Below are positions 1 to 13,143 of a stretch of DNA of 64,000 bases, piece after piece. Every line of letters starts with the position of its first letter. Position 1 is the stretch's first letter. Both the position numbers and the translations under genes were made by a program. Below the pieces are notes generated by a model. It ran no database searches. It worked only from the letters and a program-made list of their open reading frames with translations, and was not told the origin of the DNA. This DNA is from Chiloscyllium plagiosum (lineage: Eukaryota), in the NCBI RefSeq assembly GCF_004010195.1, contig NC_057728.1, positions 51,837,444 through 51,901,443 on the forward strand, given 5' to 3'.

Positions 1-274
1 TAATGTCACATTATCTGCATTAAATTTTTACTCCCACATGTCTGCCCATTCTGAGTTTATCCCTCTGTATGGTTCTCTTCACTGTTCACTACACTTCCAT
101 AGGGAGTTAAGTTATCTGCAATCTTTGCAACTTATGTCCCATACACCCACATTCAGCACATTAACAGGAGGTAGAGAAGTTCAGATGGGAAATTCCAGAA
201 CTTGGTGCCCAGGCAGCTAAAGGAGAGTGATGAAGCAGTGTGCATGAAAACTTGTACTAACGTCCAGTCTTTAC

Positions 275-394
275 CTGAGCTGCCTTCTCCTTTCATTGCT
301 CTCATTAGTTCATTTGCTCTCTCCTGACAGTGCAGAGATTCCAGGAGATAAAGTACATAGTCATCAAATGTCAGGTGGATTAGGTGAAAGGAAC
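275..394 (-). CDS. RFX4: RFX4 coding exon (120 nt): [40 protein letters not shown]
   Basis: Within ORF 153..443; ttccag|GT acceptor and CAG|gtaaag donor. Confidence 0.97.
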
Positions 395-749
395 CTGGAA
401 CAGATGAAAAACATTTACAGAAATATTTATTATGCACCAACATTTAACTTCTGGTGTTTATCACAAAGGGAATTGGGTATAAAAGTAGGAAACTGTTGTT
501 ACAGTTGTAGAGTACCTTAGTTAGAATGCATATGGAGCATTGTTATTATATCACCTTATGAGGATTTGTTGTCATATTTTTGTTTTAGAATACTTTGAAT
601 TTTGGGATGCTTCAATATGTTAAAGGTATGATATAAATATGAGTAGTTATTGTTGTAGCATGCCAGAAACGGAATCCATATGGGGTCACTCTGATTTTCT
701 TGAATCCTATTGGGTTGTTGGGAAACAACTCTATCACTGAAACGCACAT

Positions 750-1270
750 CTACTTTATATAGTGCCTTTGACATTTGAAGACTCCCCAGGGCACCTCACA
801 TGAGCGATGATCAAATACATCAAGTCACATAAAAAGGTATTAGGAAATGTGACCAAAGGTTTAGTCATTGGGGTTTGTCTTAAGAAGTGTCTGAAAAGGG
901 CAGAGAGAAGAAGAGGGTTAGGGAGGGAATTCTTGAAGTTGGGACTGGGCAGCCAAATGCATATCTGCTGAGGGTACAGCAATGAAAATTAGGAATATGC
1001 AGAATGACTGAATCAGAAGAGTGCAGAAATCGCAGAGAGTTAGAGGTCTGAAGGAGGTGACAGAGATAATGGGCAGTAGAGGACACATGTGACTGTGAGG
1101 CTAGACCATGATTCGAACTTGAGAATGAGAGCTTGGAAATCATGGGGCTGTTACAGTATAGGAAGGTGATGCTGGTCAGAGAGAATAGAGTGGGTGACGG
1201 TGAATGGATCTTGGTGCCAATTAGTATTTGGGAGGCAGAGCTTTGGGTGACCTAACATTTATGGAGAGTT
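750..1270 (-). mobile_element. Old L2-like LINE 3' remnant
   Basis: Starts with tttatatagtgcctttgac, resembling the reverse complement of an L2-type 3' end; highly decayed. Confidence 0.45.
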
Positions 1271-2217
1271 TGGAGAAATACAATTGTACCATAGTCAGGT
1301 GACCTCTCTCTCTGCTGTAAATACCTTTGTGTTCAGTCTATGGGAGGCATTCCATACACCACTTGAAAGATGGTGTCAGAGTGGAGTAGCTGAAAATGAG
1401 TGGATTTTGAGAGCCGTAATGAGTCAGCTACTGAAAGAAACAAGGAAGAAGTAAAAAAATAATAATTAGTGAACTTCTCAGAGTGGAAACCATTGTAAAA
1501 AAATTGCCAGTCTATGGACATGGAGCCACAATGGAAGAATCCATGACAGAACATGACCAGAATTTAGTGCAGAGCTTGCCAGATGAAGCTGAACAAGAAA
1601 GACGCAATTGAAGATGCCTGAAGTCGAGTCCCTTCACCTACAAAGTGAGAGCTGTGACAGAAGTACAACAATCAATGGATGTGAAATTGGCACAATAATT
1701 TGTTAGATTTGTGAACAATTTAGAAAAGTTCTTGCCTAATTTATCATCAGAATGTGAGTTTCTATGCAAGCACACTGAATATGGAGTAGTATCGAGTAGC
1801 AAACATGGGCAGCTTTCTCTAGAATCAAACAATCCGTGATGACAGGCAAGGGGAAAACCACCAGGGTCCAACCACCAGTATTGAGGTACTGCCATGTCAA
1901 TGATGAAGTCATTTACAGCGCAATGTAATCGATAGAGGATTTGGAGTAACTCGTATGCAGCAAGGATAACCGGCTGTATTTGCATCCAGAGAGTTAATGC
2001 AAACTGAATAGTGTTATGCTCAGATATAGAATGAATGCTTGGTTACTGTATTCGCTTGTTGTAATAACTCAGGAAGCCTGCCTGGAAAGGAACATAATTT
2101 GTTGTTGAACCCCAATATAGACAGACTATTTGTGGTGTGTGCAAGCTAGTCCCTGCCTGGGACAGGCTGTTCTGCAGACCCCTCCCCAGGTCTGTTTTAT
2201 GGATATTTCCTAATTAA

Positions 2218-2583
2218 CCTGTTCAGAAATATTACTACACACCTTTGGAGCAGGTGGGACTTGAACCAGGCCTTCTGGTTCAGAGATGGGGTTAGTACCA
2301 CTGTGCCACCAGACCTCTTATGCACCTGTTTCTTTTTTTAAAAAAGGCAGCCTGCTCAGGGATGTTATTATACACTGCTAGAGCAGGAGGGACTTGAAAT
2401 CAGGCCTCTACAGTCCAGAGGTAAGGACACTAACACTGTGCCACAAGCCCCCGTCTGGGTTTGCTTTATTTTTTTCTCTCCAATCAACTTGCTCAGAGAC
2501 ATTATGATAGACTGCTGAACGTGTGGGACTTGAACCCACACCAGCTGGTTCAGAGGTAGTCACACTACCATTACGCCTCAAGT
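2218..2583 (-). repeat. Three tandem tRNA-derived (pol III A/B box) units
   Basis: Three copies of gggacttgaa...accactgtgccac; the minus strand gives A-box TGGCACAGTGG and B-box GGTTCAAGTCC; no complete tRNA. Confidence 0.7.
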
Positions 2584-2587
2584 CTGC

Positions 2588-2998
2588 TTGCTGAGTGTGG
2601 AAGGTTTGAGTTATAAAGCAAGGCTGCCTAGGTGTTTTTCACTGGAGGAGAGAAAGTTGAGAGGCTACCTGATAAAAGTTTACAAAATACTGAGAAATAT
2701 AGATAATTATAGTTGGCTTTTCCCTTGGATGAGAGATTTCAAGGCGAGTGGGCACAATTTTATGGGGAGAGGAGAAATATTTTAAAAAGACATGAGGGGC
2801 AAACATTTTACACAAAGGGTGCTTCACATGTGGAATGAACTTCCTGAGAAAGTGCTAGATGTGAGTATGATTACAATATTTAAAAGAGATTTGGCTAAAT
2901 ACATGAATAGGAAAGGTTTGGAGGGATATGGGCCAGGATCAGGCAGGTGGGACTAGTTTAGTTTGGGATTATGTTTAGCACGGACTGGTTGGACCGAA
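2588..2998 (+). mobile_element. CR1 LINE 3' fragment
   Basis: FSLEERKLRGYLIKVYKIL, the CR1 ORF2 C-terminal motif, followed by a CR1-type 3' UTR. Confidence 0.9.
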
Positions 2999-3734
2999 GT
3001 TGAAAAGTGTGGCGCTGGAAAAGCACAGCAGGGCATAGCCCAAGATGGCATCTTGTACAAAGGAAACAAAGTCATTATCCCGAAAGAGATTAGAAAAGAG
3101 GCATTGAATCACATCCATTGAAGAATTGAGACCAATCTGAAGGAGGCAAGAAAACTAGCTAACAAACAATGAGATTAAGGACCACAGTAGCCAGTACAGC
3201 GTTTGTACAAATACCTAGCTCAGAAAGGTATATGCCACTCATGATGGATGACATCCCAGACAGAGAAAATGAGAATTTGTCATGGAGAAAATATGGAAGA
3301 GACTCTTCATTTTCATAGAAATTATCTTGTGACCATCAACTATTTTTTCCGATTAATGGGTTTTAGACTTGAAGCCTAACGATTACCATTGAGTTTGTAG
3401 AATGCCTGGAAGTACTTCAATTGGTACATTATTTCAGATTTTGGTATGGGTGACAATGGCCCACATTTATGATGAAGAATTCAGCTATTCCACAATAGAT
3501 TACCTCCACACTGGTTCCAGTCAAATGGGAATGCTGAGGCAACAGTGAAAATTGCCAAATGAATCATAAAGAAATTGAGCAATCCAGTGCAGACTTATAC
3601 AAGGCAATCCTTGACTGGAGAAATATATGTACTAAAGGTATGGAAAGTAATCCAGTTCAAAGACTAATGTCACACTGCATCCAAACTGCTTGTCCAAAAG
3701 TGAAAACGCTACAGAAGCCTGATGTACAAAACAG

Positions 3735-4871
3735 GGGGATGAGGGTAAAGCAGTTGATATATGGACTTCAGTAAAGCATTTGATAAGGTTCCACACAGTA
3801 GGAGTTTTGGGGATTGAAGATGATTTTGTGGTTTGGATCAGAAATTAGCTAGCTGAAAGAAGACACAGGGTGGTGATTGATGGGAAATATTCATCCTGAG
3901 ATCAGTTACCAGTGGTGTGCCACAAGGATCTGTTTTGGGGCCACTGCTGTTTGTCATTTTTATAAATGATCTGGATGTGGACATAGAAGGATGTGTTAGT
4001 AAATTTGCGGATGACACTGAGGTAGGCAGAGTTGTGGATAGTGCCGAAGGATGTTGTGGGTTACAAAGGGACATAGATAAGATGCAGAGCTGGGCTGACA
4101 AGTGGCAAATGGAGTTTAATGTGGAAAACTGTGAGGTAGTTTACTTCAGAAGAAGAAATAGGAATGCAGAATATTGGGCTAATGGTAAAATTCTTGGCAA
4201 CATAGATGAACAGAGAGATCTTGGTGTCCAGGTGCATAAACCCCTAAAAGTTGCCACCCAGGTTGATAGAGTTGTTAAGAAAGCACATGGTGTGTTGGCA
4301 TTTATAGGTAGGGGAATTGAGTTTCAGAGCCAAAAGTCATGCTTCAGTGGTACAAGATACTCGTAAGGTCACACCTGGAGTATTGCATACATTTCTGGTC
4401 ACACCATGAAAGGAAGGATGTGGAAACTTTGGAAAGGGTTCAGAGGAGGTTTACTAGGATGTTGCCTGGTATGGAGGGAAGGTCTGATAAGGAAAGGCCA
4501 AGGGCACTGAGGCTGTCTTTGTTGGAGAGAAGAAGGTTGAGAGGTGACTTAATCGAGACATATAAGATAATCAGATGGTTAGATAGGGTGAACAGTGAGA
4601 GCCTTTTTCCTCAGATGGTGAAGGCTAACCTGAGGGGACATAGCTTTAAATTGAGGGGTGATAGATTTAGGACAGATATTAGGGGGTAGTTTCCTTACTC
4701 AGAGAGTAGTAGGGGTGTGGAACAGCCTAACTGCAATAGTAATAGATTAGTTGACAGTAAGGGCATTTAAATGGGCATTGGACATACAAATGGATAATAG
4801 TAGAATGGTGTAGGTTAGATGGGCGAGGGCCGAAGGGCCTCTACTGCACTGTAACGTTCTATATTCTATGT
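3735..4871 (+). mobile_element. CR1 LINE, 5'-truncated, with RT domain and 3' tail
   Basis: PQGSVLGPLLFVIFINDLD...KFADDT; RRRLRGDLIETYKII; gttctat-like tail. Confidence 0.95.
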
Positions 4872-5689
4872 AACAAGCATGAGTGACAAAATCAAGGTCG
4901 AACAATAAAAAGGCAAATTTCATTTTGATAAAATTATCAAATTATGGCCAGAGTTGAGCTGGGACAGAGTACAAATATTCAACACTTCAATAAAAGACAG
5001 CCCATGTGGCAACATGGAAACAGTATCGAGCTGCTGCCAGCTTGATCATACACGGAGTGTGAACAAACAGGTACATTGCCGCAACCACAGACATGTATGC
5101 ACAGACAATGGATCAGGAAGAAGAATCCTGTATAGAGCACAGAACAACCAAGAGTTCCAGGGCTCCACTGTTCACCAGCAACAGAAATGGATCAGCTTAC
5201 CATAGCAATTGCACTTACTACAGGAACGATATTCGCTGGAGAGGGATCATCAATCTTAAATCGAGCAGATACTACTGGGACAACCATGCTCTTATGTGAT
5301 AAGCATGGTTTAAAGTATATGTTTAGAATACATGTGCAGAGGCTGACCAAAGTGGAATTGACAAGAGTGAACACATTGTTAATGAACGATCAGTTTCTTT
5401 GGGAACATATATATTGGGTAACTTGTGTAAGTTATAAATGCAGGTGATGCTGCATGCAATTTCATTCTGAAACGGGAGCTGTTGGGAAAAATGTAACTTT
5501 AGTGTACTCCTGGCTTGCCAGACTTTCATGTCTTCTCTATCTCTGCTGTAATTGGCTTTGTGTACAGACTGTGGGAACCATTCAACATATATTACCAGAA
5601 ACATGGAAAGTGCACGATGGTAGGCTCGTCAGGAGAGCACTGAGCTAATTCAGCTGCCCGCAGAAATTTGTCATCATTCCCTGTCTGCT

Positions 5690-6820
5690 TCACGGTGGTC
5701 TGCAAGCTGTGGTCCTCACCAATGGATCCAATGCAGACCCAACAGGAGTGCAGTCTGGACTGCACCAATCCACCAACACGCTTCTCCATCTTCCTCACTG
5801 CAACACTCCACCCCAGCTACATCAAGCCAGAGAGGAGCTAACTAACAGGATGAGTGGGAAACAATTCAATTGTTGATGCCTCCAGGCAGACCAACCCAAC
5901 GTCTGTCAGATGACACTGACATGTGTGCACACTCAGAGACCAAGCTACAAACCATCACTGATGCATTCATTGGGGAGTATGAGAGAATGGGCCTCAGACT
6001 AAACACCCAGAAGACAAAGGTTCTCCACCAGCCTACTCCCACCGCACAACACTGTCCCCCGCATCGCCCTTCCTTGACCATCAAAATCGATAACGTGACC
6101 CTGGATAATGTGAGTCATTTCCTATAGCTCGGGAGCCTACTCTCAGAGCAAGCAGACATTGAATATGAAATCTAACATCGACTCCAGTACAGCCTTTGGA
6201 TGCGTGAATACAGAATGTTTGAAATCCAAGGCCTCAAACCACCAAGCTCACGGTCCAGCCATGGTACCACCCTCCCGTATGCATCAGAAACATGGACCAT
6301 GTCCAACTGACACCTCAAGTCCCTGCAGAGTTATCAATAACACTGCTTCCACAAAATCCTGCAAAGCACCAGTGGGATAGGTCTACAACGTGCACGTCCT
6401 CTCCTAGGTCAATACTGAAGCATTGCTCATGCATGATCAGTTGCGGTGGGCAGACTATATTATCTGCATGCCCAACATTACACTCCCTAAACAAATGCTC
6501 TACTCTGAACTGTGCAGTGGTGAATGATCACGAGGAGGCCACCCTGAAAGCCTTCGTAAATAAATGCAGCACCCCCACCGACATGCGGGAATCACTTGGC
6601 CTGGAATGCACAAACTGAAGAAGAAGCGGCTGTGAAGGCACCAACAGCTTTGGGCATCGCCGAGTGGTGTATGTGGAGAGGAAGCTCGAGCAGCGGGAAG
6701 AGCTCATGCAACCCAGCGCATCTCACCCTTCTGCCTCACCATCTGTGGCTCCAGGCACCACAAAACCCAAACCAACTGGAATGGATGCAAGCCATCCTGA
6801 GGAACTGCCAAAGAAGATGA
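5690..6820 (+). mobile_element. RTE-clade LINE remnant
   Basis: DDTDMCAHSETKLQTITDAF...ERMGLRLNTQKTKVLHQP is typical of RTE-clade RT; aagaaga-like tail. Confidence 0.8.
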
Positions 6821-6821
6821 A

Positions 6822-7180
6822 TTATAGAATCCCGATAGCATGGGAGCAGGCCATTTGGCCCATCAAGTCTACACCAACCCTCCGAAGAGGATCCCAACAG
6901 ACCAACCCCCATACACAATCCCTGAATTTCCCATAGCTGACCCACCTAGCCTGCACCTTCCTGAAGACTGTGGGCAATTCAACACAGCCAGTCCACCTAA
7001 CCTGCACATCTTTGGACTGTCAGAGGCGACTGGAGCACCCAGAGGAAACCCACGCTTGGTGGGGTGGGTGGGGTTGGTTGGCATGTAAACTCAACACAGA
7101 GGGTTACCCAAGCATGGAATTCAACCTGGGTCCCTGGCACTGTGAGGCAGCGGTGCTAACCACTGAGCCACTGTGCCACC
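6822..7180 (-). mobile_element. HE1-type (V-SINE) tRNA-derived SINE
   Basis: Minus-strand head GGTGGCACAGTGGCTCAGTGGTTAGCAC, core cagtccaaagatgtgcaggttagg, CR1-like tail. Confidence 0.9.
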
Positions 7181-8299
7181 CTGATGAAGAAAGGATTGGA
7201 GCAGTGAAGTCTCGAGGTGCCAAAGTTGTGGATTGAAGTTTCATCAACAAATGAGCTAAGTTGAAAGGGGCATGAATAACAGCAGAGCTGAGCCCTTCCA
7301 TTGCTGCTTTTGCAGGCACTGTTCAGATTAAATAGGTGAATAGCCACCTCGCTTGGTTCCATTACATTTTCATTTACTTGTTTGTTTCTTGGCGATTATG
7401 CAGAGGACTCTCTTTCCTATTGGTTTTGCCAGACTAACATTATCATAATAAAGCAGCAATATTCATAACCATTTCTTTGGTGCCTCTGGGTACTTTTTTG
7501 TTGCAAAGGAATCCCCGTGGGTTTTTTTTCAACTGAAATATGAATGTGTTAAGATGCATTAAACTAGTCGTTTTTAATTAAAATGCATGGGCTAATGTAT
7601 TAAAAATGACAGACTGACTGAATAGAACAGCAAGAAAGGGCAAGTGCAACACTAAACAAGAAACATTCTTCTCCAGACAGTATCAAGGAATTGGATTTGA
7701 AAGAGACTTCATGCTTTTAACTTGCACTGGATAATACAATCTCCATATTATGGGGTACCAACTGTAAACACCAATGGCAGTTCACAAAGAGACTTGCACA
7801 CAGCCCCATAAAACGCTAACACGCAGCGATTCATGGAGGGTGGCTATTGTCAATTAGTCATTTCTGAGAGAGGAAACCTTTATCAAAATATTCCCCAACC
7901 CCAGCCGTGCCTTTGAAATGCAGAGACGGGGAGGGGAGCAGTTTCTTTGTTGGAAACTTGCTGTCTGAGCTGCCACAGCTCACTGTAAGAACCGAGTCAG
8001 CAAAATTCAACCAGCCCGTGTGTAAAACAGCACTTTTTTAAAAAGAAAAATGTCAATTTTTAAAACTGTGCACACAACATGATTGTCCAGAAAGGGGAGA
8101 AAATGTAAAATTATTCAAAAACTGTAGCAGCCAAACGGACCAACAAGGTAGGAATTTTGAATGAGAGTTGGACAATTTTTTCAGCACAGGAAGGAGGTTA
8201 TTCCCCTGCCATGCCCTGCCTCCTCGCTGAGCTAGTCCCCCTCGCCCTGTCCTTTCCCTATAGTTCTGTAAAGGTTTTCGTCTCAGGCGTTTCTCCAAA

Positions 8300-8620
8300 A
8301 CAGGGTGCTGATTAGCTGAAGCAATGCTATGAAAAAGCAATACAGCACCATAGGCTTCCCATGCTCCTGGGGAATTCAAAAAAGGTGCCAGGCTTGAACA
8401 TATTCCTTTTGTATGCAGACAGCAGGTCCATTACATCAATGCATGTCACTTCTGGCAAGTGTACAAGAACCACATTGTCAGCTTGACTGATTATCATCCA
8501 TTAACTCCTAATGGGTTCTCCATTGCTGTCTCCTGTAATATAAATTGACGTGATTGTTTGAAATTTGGTACTCTTGCATTTGTCCTGATGAGCAAAAGAT
8601 AAAAAGCTTTGACAACAGGT
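8300..8620. mobile_element. Old HHR-bearing repeat (family E), rearranged copy; related copy at 20675-21070
   Basis: Shares gggtgctgatt...gcttgaacata...gtcacttc[t/c]ggcaag with 20760-20965; decayed HHR TGTC-CTGATGA...AAGCTTT-GACA at 8581-8614. Confidence 0.6.
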
Positions 8621-9229
8621 CTCTCATTTCTGCATGAGTAAAATATTTTTTCGAGCTTTCTAAAACATGCCTGCAGGACCTCATTCCGCTTCCCACCTAC
8701 AATGGTCCTAACGTGAAGCATGAATCTAGCTGTTCACTCTCCCCCTTCACGGTATTCTGCAGATGTTTAGTGACATCCAAGACTTTGGCACTATGGAGGC
8801 AGAGACAATCACAGAGTCACCCTGTGATCTATTCCCTGAATTACTGAATCCCAGATTGCTAACCCTTCACCCCCCCACTGTTCCTCAACTCTCTCCTCCT
8901 CCCATGTACAGCTATGTTACTCGTAGTGCCATGTTGCACATTAAGGAGATCCATCACAATTGTCTTAGAGCTGTGAGACTTTAATTACATGGAGAGATGG
9001 CATTGTTCTCCAGAGAGCAGCAAGAGCTGGGGGAACTTTAATAAAGGTACTCAAAAAGAGCGGAGTGTGAGAGGATATATTTGCCTTGGGCCTTGCCAGA
9101 AGTGCATTTGGTGTTCTATGTGAGAAAAACAGTTGGACAGATAAAGGAATGGTTAAAGGACAGTTTGGCAGAAATAAATAGCTTTAATGGAGACAATTGT
9201 TTCTCTCTCTCTTTGGGGTCCACCTTCAC

Positions 9230-9445
9230 CTATTGTTTATTCTCCCCCCTTCCCCCTTCCCCCATCCTATCTTCTGTATAAAAACCATCTTTTTCCAAGC
9301 TATCATCAGTTCTGAAGAAGGGTCACTGGACCTGAAACATTAACTCTGCTTTCTCTCCACAGATGCAGCCAGGCCTGCTGAGATTTTCCAGCAATTTCTG
9401 CTTTTTGTTTCAGATTTCCAGATCTGCAGTTCTTTCAGTTTTTTT
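9230..9445 (+). mobile_element. Penelope-like pLTR fragment (family B) with minimal HHR
   Basis: AGTT-CTGAAGA-AGGGTC ACTG GACCT-GAAACATT-AACT; related copies near 13700-13800, 37375-37500, 48549-48710, 50917-51050 and 57393-57541. Confidence 0.75.
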
Positions 9446-9853
9446 CACCCATCCTTGTTTTTGTCTCATGAATCTGTTCCGACTGCTTGCAACACACTTA
9501 CACCCTTCCTTTAATAAGGGGACTAATACAGTACACAGTTGACGTGGTCTCATTGATGCCCTACATAACTGAAGCCTAACTTCCTGAAGTGTATATCCAG
9601 TTCCCCTCACTGTCAACACTACCCTTCTGTTCTGTTTTCCACTTTCAGGCCTGTCCTCCCATAAAAGCTGCCAAACAAAGTCTTCAATGTATTCAATGAC
9701 CATTACTCTCTGGGATAAAGAATGACAGGGCAATGAAGGTAAGATTATAATTGGGCTTTGCTCTGTGATGCAGTCTATTCTATGTGATGTGATTGCAAGA
9801 GGGTCTTGGTCACCAAGATGAGTGCACACAAAACTGAATGAGTGATAACTTAC

Positions 9854-9971
9854 CAAAACTTGGCGCACTGTGCAATGTCATGTCCCGAATAACTCTCGTC
9901 CCAAAGCAGGACCACATCAATAGAAACTGCCGAGCCAGTCTCTTCAAACTCCCAGGCCTCTGTGCAGCAAC
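9854..9971 (-). CDS. RFX4: RFX4 coding exon (118 nt): [39 protein letters not shown]; dimerisation domain
   Basis: Manual translation; ttttgtag|GTT acceptor and TTTG|gtaagt donor. Confidence 0.97.
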
Positions 9972-10344
9972 CTACAAAACAAACATTTTTGAAGTATTGG
10001 TCATTTGGAATAGAGGAGGGTGAATCTTTGAATTATCTCACAATTAAATAGTGATCCTTTCTCTTATGTTACGATGAAAACGTTGTTTCTTTATTCTTTC
10101 ACAGGCTATGGGCACCTCTGACAAGGCCAGCATTTGTTCCCCATTCTTAATTACCCATTTGATTCACCAACACCCATTGGGGAAGAATCTGTTGTCCTTT
10201 CCTGGTCTGGCCTGCATGTGACCTCAGATGCACCCTCAACTGGCTTAGAGACAACTAATCAGCTCAAGGGCAGTTTGGTTTGTGTAGCCAATGTCTACTT
10301 CTCATGGCTGTTCAGTCCATATTAGCAACTAATTTCATCCAATC

Positions 10345-10550
10345 CCTACAGAGTGGAAGCAGGCCATTCAACCCATCAAGTCCACACTGACCCTCCATAC
10401 AGCACCCAGACCCATCCCCTACCCCTGGAATCCTACATTTGCCATGGCTAATCCACTCAACCTGCACATCTTTGGACTATGGGATGAAACCAGAACACTC
10501 AGAGGAACCCCATAAAGACATGGGGAGAATGTGCAAACTCCACACAGACA
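10345..10550 (-). mobile_element. HE1-type SINE, 3' part; 5' part resumes at 13188-13270
   Basis: SINE split by a Penelope insertion, with cacacagaca duplicated at 10541-10550 and 13188-13197. Confidence 0.85.
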
Positions 10551-13143
10551 AAGTCAGAAGTCACACAACACCAGCCCAACATGTTTATTTGAAATCACAA
10601 GCTTTTGGAGTGTTGCCCCTTCTTCAGATAAAGTGAGGAGAAGATACAAGGCATAGAATTTAACATCGGAGCGATCAAAAGGTCATACAAATGGTGTGAG
10701 TGGCGTGTTGACAGACCAAATAATAAGTCTCTGCAGGTGATCAAGAGTGTCAGATGGTGTGAGTAAAGTCTTAACAGCTGCATAACAAGTGACGGGATGA
10801 TCTACAATCCCATTAATTGAAGCAGAGAGATAATTACAAAAAATCAAATGATTGGAATGAGTTGCATGCTGAGGGTCTAACCAAAATAACAAGTAATCCA
10901 AAACTGTACAAATTAGTTAAGGTAGAAACTTCATAATAAGTTATCAAGGTGATGTTGTCAAAACAGGACAGTAAGGAGGATTTTACATATTCAGAACAAT
11001 GTGCTGGGGTCACACATAGCACAGCATGAACCCAAAATCACTGTTGAGGCTGTCTTCATGAGTATGGAACTTGGCGATCAGCTTCTGCATGGCGACTTTA
11101 TGTTGCTGTGTCCTTGTCTGCTGAAGTGTTCACCATCTGGGAGAGAACATGCCTGTCTGGTGATTGTTGTGAAGGGTCCATTCATCCATTGTCGTAGTGT
11201 CTGCATGATCTCGCCAAGATAACATGTCTCAGTGCATCCTTGCCTGCAACGTCTGGGGTAGACAACATTGTCTGAGTCACGTGAGTACCTGTCGTGTACA
11301 ACCAATAGACTACCCTTCATTGTCCCAGTATTTCCCCGGAATGGAGAAAGTACGCCCTGTTCTTTACAGTCTTCAACATGGCATCGATGACAAAGAACAT
11401 CTTGTCAAGATCAACCCTACTGCTCACCTTCAAACATCTCCCAAACCCTAAACAGACCATCATTTGCAGCAAACTACCCAGCTTTCAGGACAACTTCAAC
11501 CACAACACCACACAACCATGCCAAAGCAACCTCTGCAAGACATGTCAGTTCATCAACATGGATACCATCATCAACATGGGAACACCACCCACCACGTACA
11601 CGGCAAATAATCGTGTGACTCGGTAAATGTTGTTTACCTCATATGTTGCAGGCCAAGATACCCTGAGGCTTGGTATATTGGTGAGATCATGCAGACTCTA
11701 CAGCAACAGATGAATGGACACCGCACAACAATCAACAAGCAGGGTGTTCCCTCCCAGTCGGGGAACACTTCAGCGGTCAGGGACGTTCAGCCTTCGATCA
11801 CAACTGCAGAGCTGGGCTGAGGAGTGGCAGATGGAGTTCAACCCTGTCAAGTGTGAGGTTGTCCATTTTGGAAGGACAAATAAGAATGCGGAATACAGGG
11901 TTAACGGTAGGGTTCTTAGTAAGGTGGAGGAGCAGAGGGATCTTGGGGTCTATGTTCNNNNNNNNNNNNNNNNNNNNNNNNNNNNNNNNNNNNNNNNNNN
12001 NNNNNNNNNNNNNNNNNNNNNNNNNNNNNNNNNNNNNNNNNNNNNNNNNNNNNNNNNNNNNNNNNNNNNNNNNNNNNNNNNNNNNNNNNNNNNNNNNNNN
12101 NNNNNNNNNNNNNNNNNNNNNNNNNNNNNNNNNNNNNNNNNNNNNNNNNNNNNNNNNNNNNNNNNNNNNNNNNNNNNNNNNNNNNNCCAGAGAGTGGTGG
12201 GGGCATGGAATGCGCTGCCTGTGGGAGTGGCAGAGTCAGACTCATTGGCGACCTTTAAGCGGCAATTGGATAGGTACATGGATGGGTGCTTAAGCTAGGA
12301 CAAATATTCGGCACAACATCGTGGGCCGAAGGGCCTGTTCTGTGCTGTATTGTTCTATGTTCTATGTTCTATGTTCTATGTTCTACAACAACGCAGAATC
12401 GCCAAGCAGAAACTGATAGCCAAGTTTTGTACTCAAGAAGACAGCCTCAACCATGATTTTGGTTTCATGTCATGCTACATACGACCCCACCACACCGTTG
12501 TGTGTTTGTAAAATCTTCTTTGGGCAGCACTCCAAAAGCTTGTGATTTCAAATAAACATGTTGGGCTATAACCTGGTGTTGTTTGACTTCTGACTTTGTC
12601 TGTGTGGAGTTTGCATATTCTCTCCGTATCTATGTGGGTTTCCTCTGAGTGCTCTGGTTTTGACATCACCTTGATAACTTATGATCTTTCTCCCTTAATT
12701 AATTTATACAGTTTTGGATTACTTATTATTTTTGGTTTGACCCTCAGCATGCAACTCATACCTAGCATGTTATTCCAGTCATTTGATTTGTGTCCAGCAC
12801 TACTTTATTTTTAATTACCTCTCTCTCTTAATTAATCAGATTATAGAACATCCCATCACTTGTTATCCAGCTCTTGACACTTTACTCACACTGTCTGACA
12901 CTCTTGATCACCTGCAGAGACTTATTATTTGGTCTGTCGACACTCCACTCATGCCATTTGTATGACCTTTTGATCTCTCAGGTTATAAATCCTGTGCCTG
13001 TGTGTCATCTCCTCACTTCACCTGACCAAGGGGCAGCGCTCCAAAAGCTTGGGATGTCAAATAAACCTGTTGGACCATAACCTGGTGTCATGTAACTTCT
13101 GACTTTGTCTATTGTAGTCCAACACAGGCACTTCCACGTAATG
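10551..13143. mobile_element. Penelope-like element (family C), tail-to-tail fold-back with GIY-YIG remnants on both arms
   Basis: 10551-10960 is the inverted repeat of 12661-13108; NVVY..C...C...Y.GE..QTLRQ.MNG...LP.GEHFS on minus (11078-11320) and plus (~11625-11780). Confidence 0.9.
11803..12384 (+). mobile_element. Young CR1 LINE 3' fragment nested in the Penelope element; spans an N-gap
   Basis: LQSWAEEWQMEFNPVKCEVVHFGR; QRVVGAWNALP; (GTTCTAT)n tail. Confidence 0.93.

Larger units (their letters stand above)
1280..5350 (+). mobile_element. Decayed, internally deleted Gypsy/Ty3 LTR retrotransposon interrupted by younger inserts
   Basis: PBS-like TGGTGTCAGAGTGG at 1371; RT-connection-like KFLPNLSSECE near 1730; integrase motifs DGILYKGNKVIIP (~3045), DNGP (~3450), QSNGNAEATVKIAK (~3520), YKAILDWRN and PVQRLMS (~3600-3670). 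Confidence 0.8.

Noticed and set aside
2218..2583. Functional tRNA gene cluster
   Set aside because: A and B boxes are present but units are diverged and no intact acceptor stem or cloverleaf is evident.
11714..12298. Long ORFs spanning 11714-12298
   Set aside because: Length is inflated by the N-gap; the flanks are Penelope and CR1 fragments.
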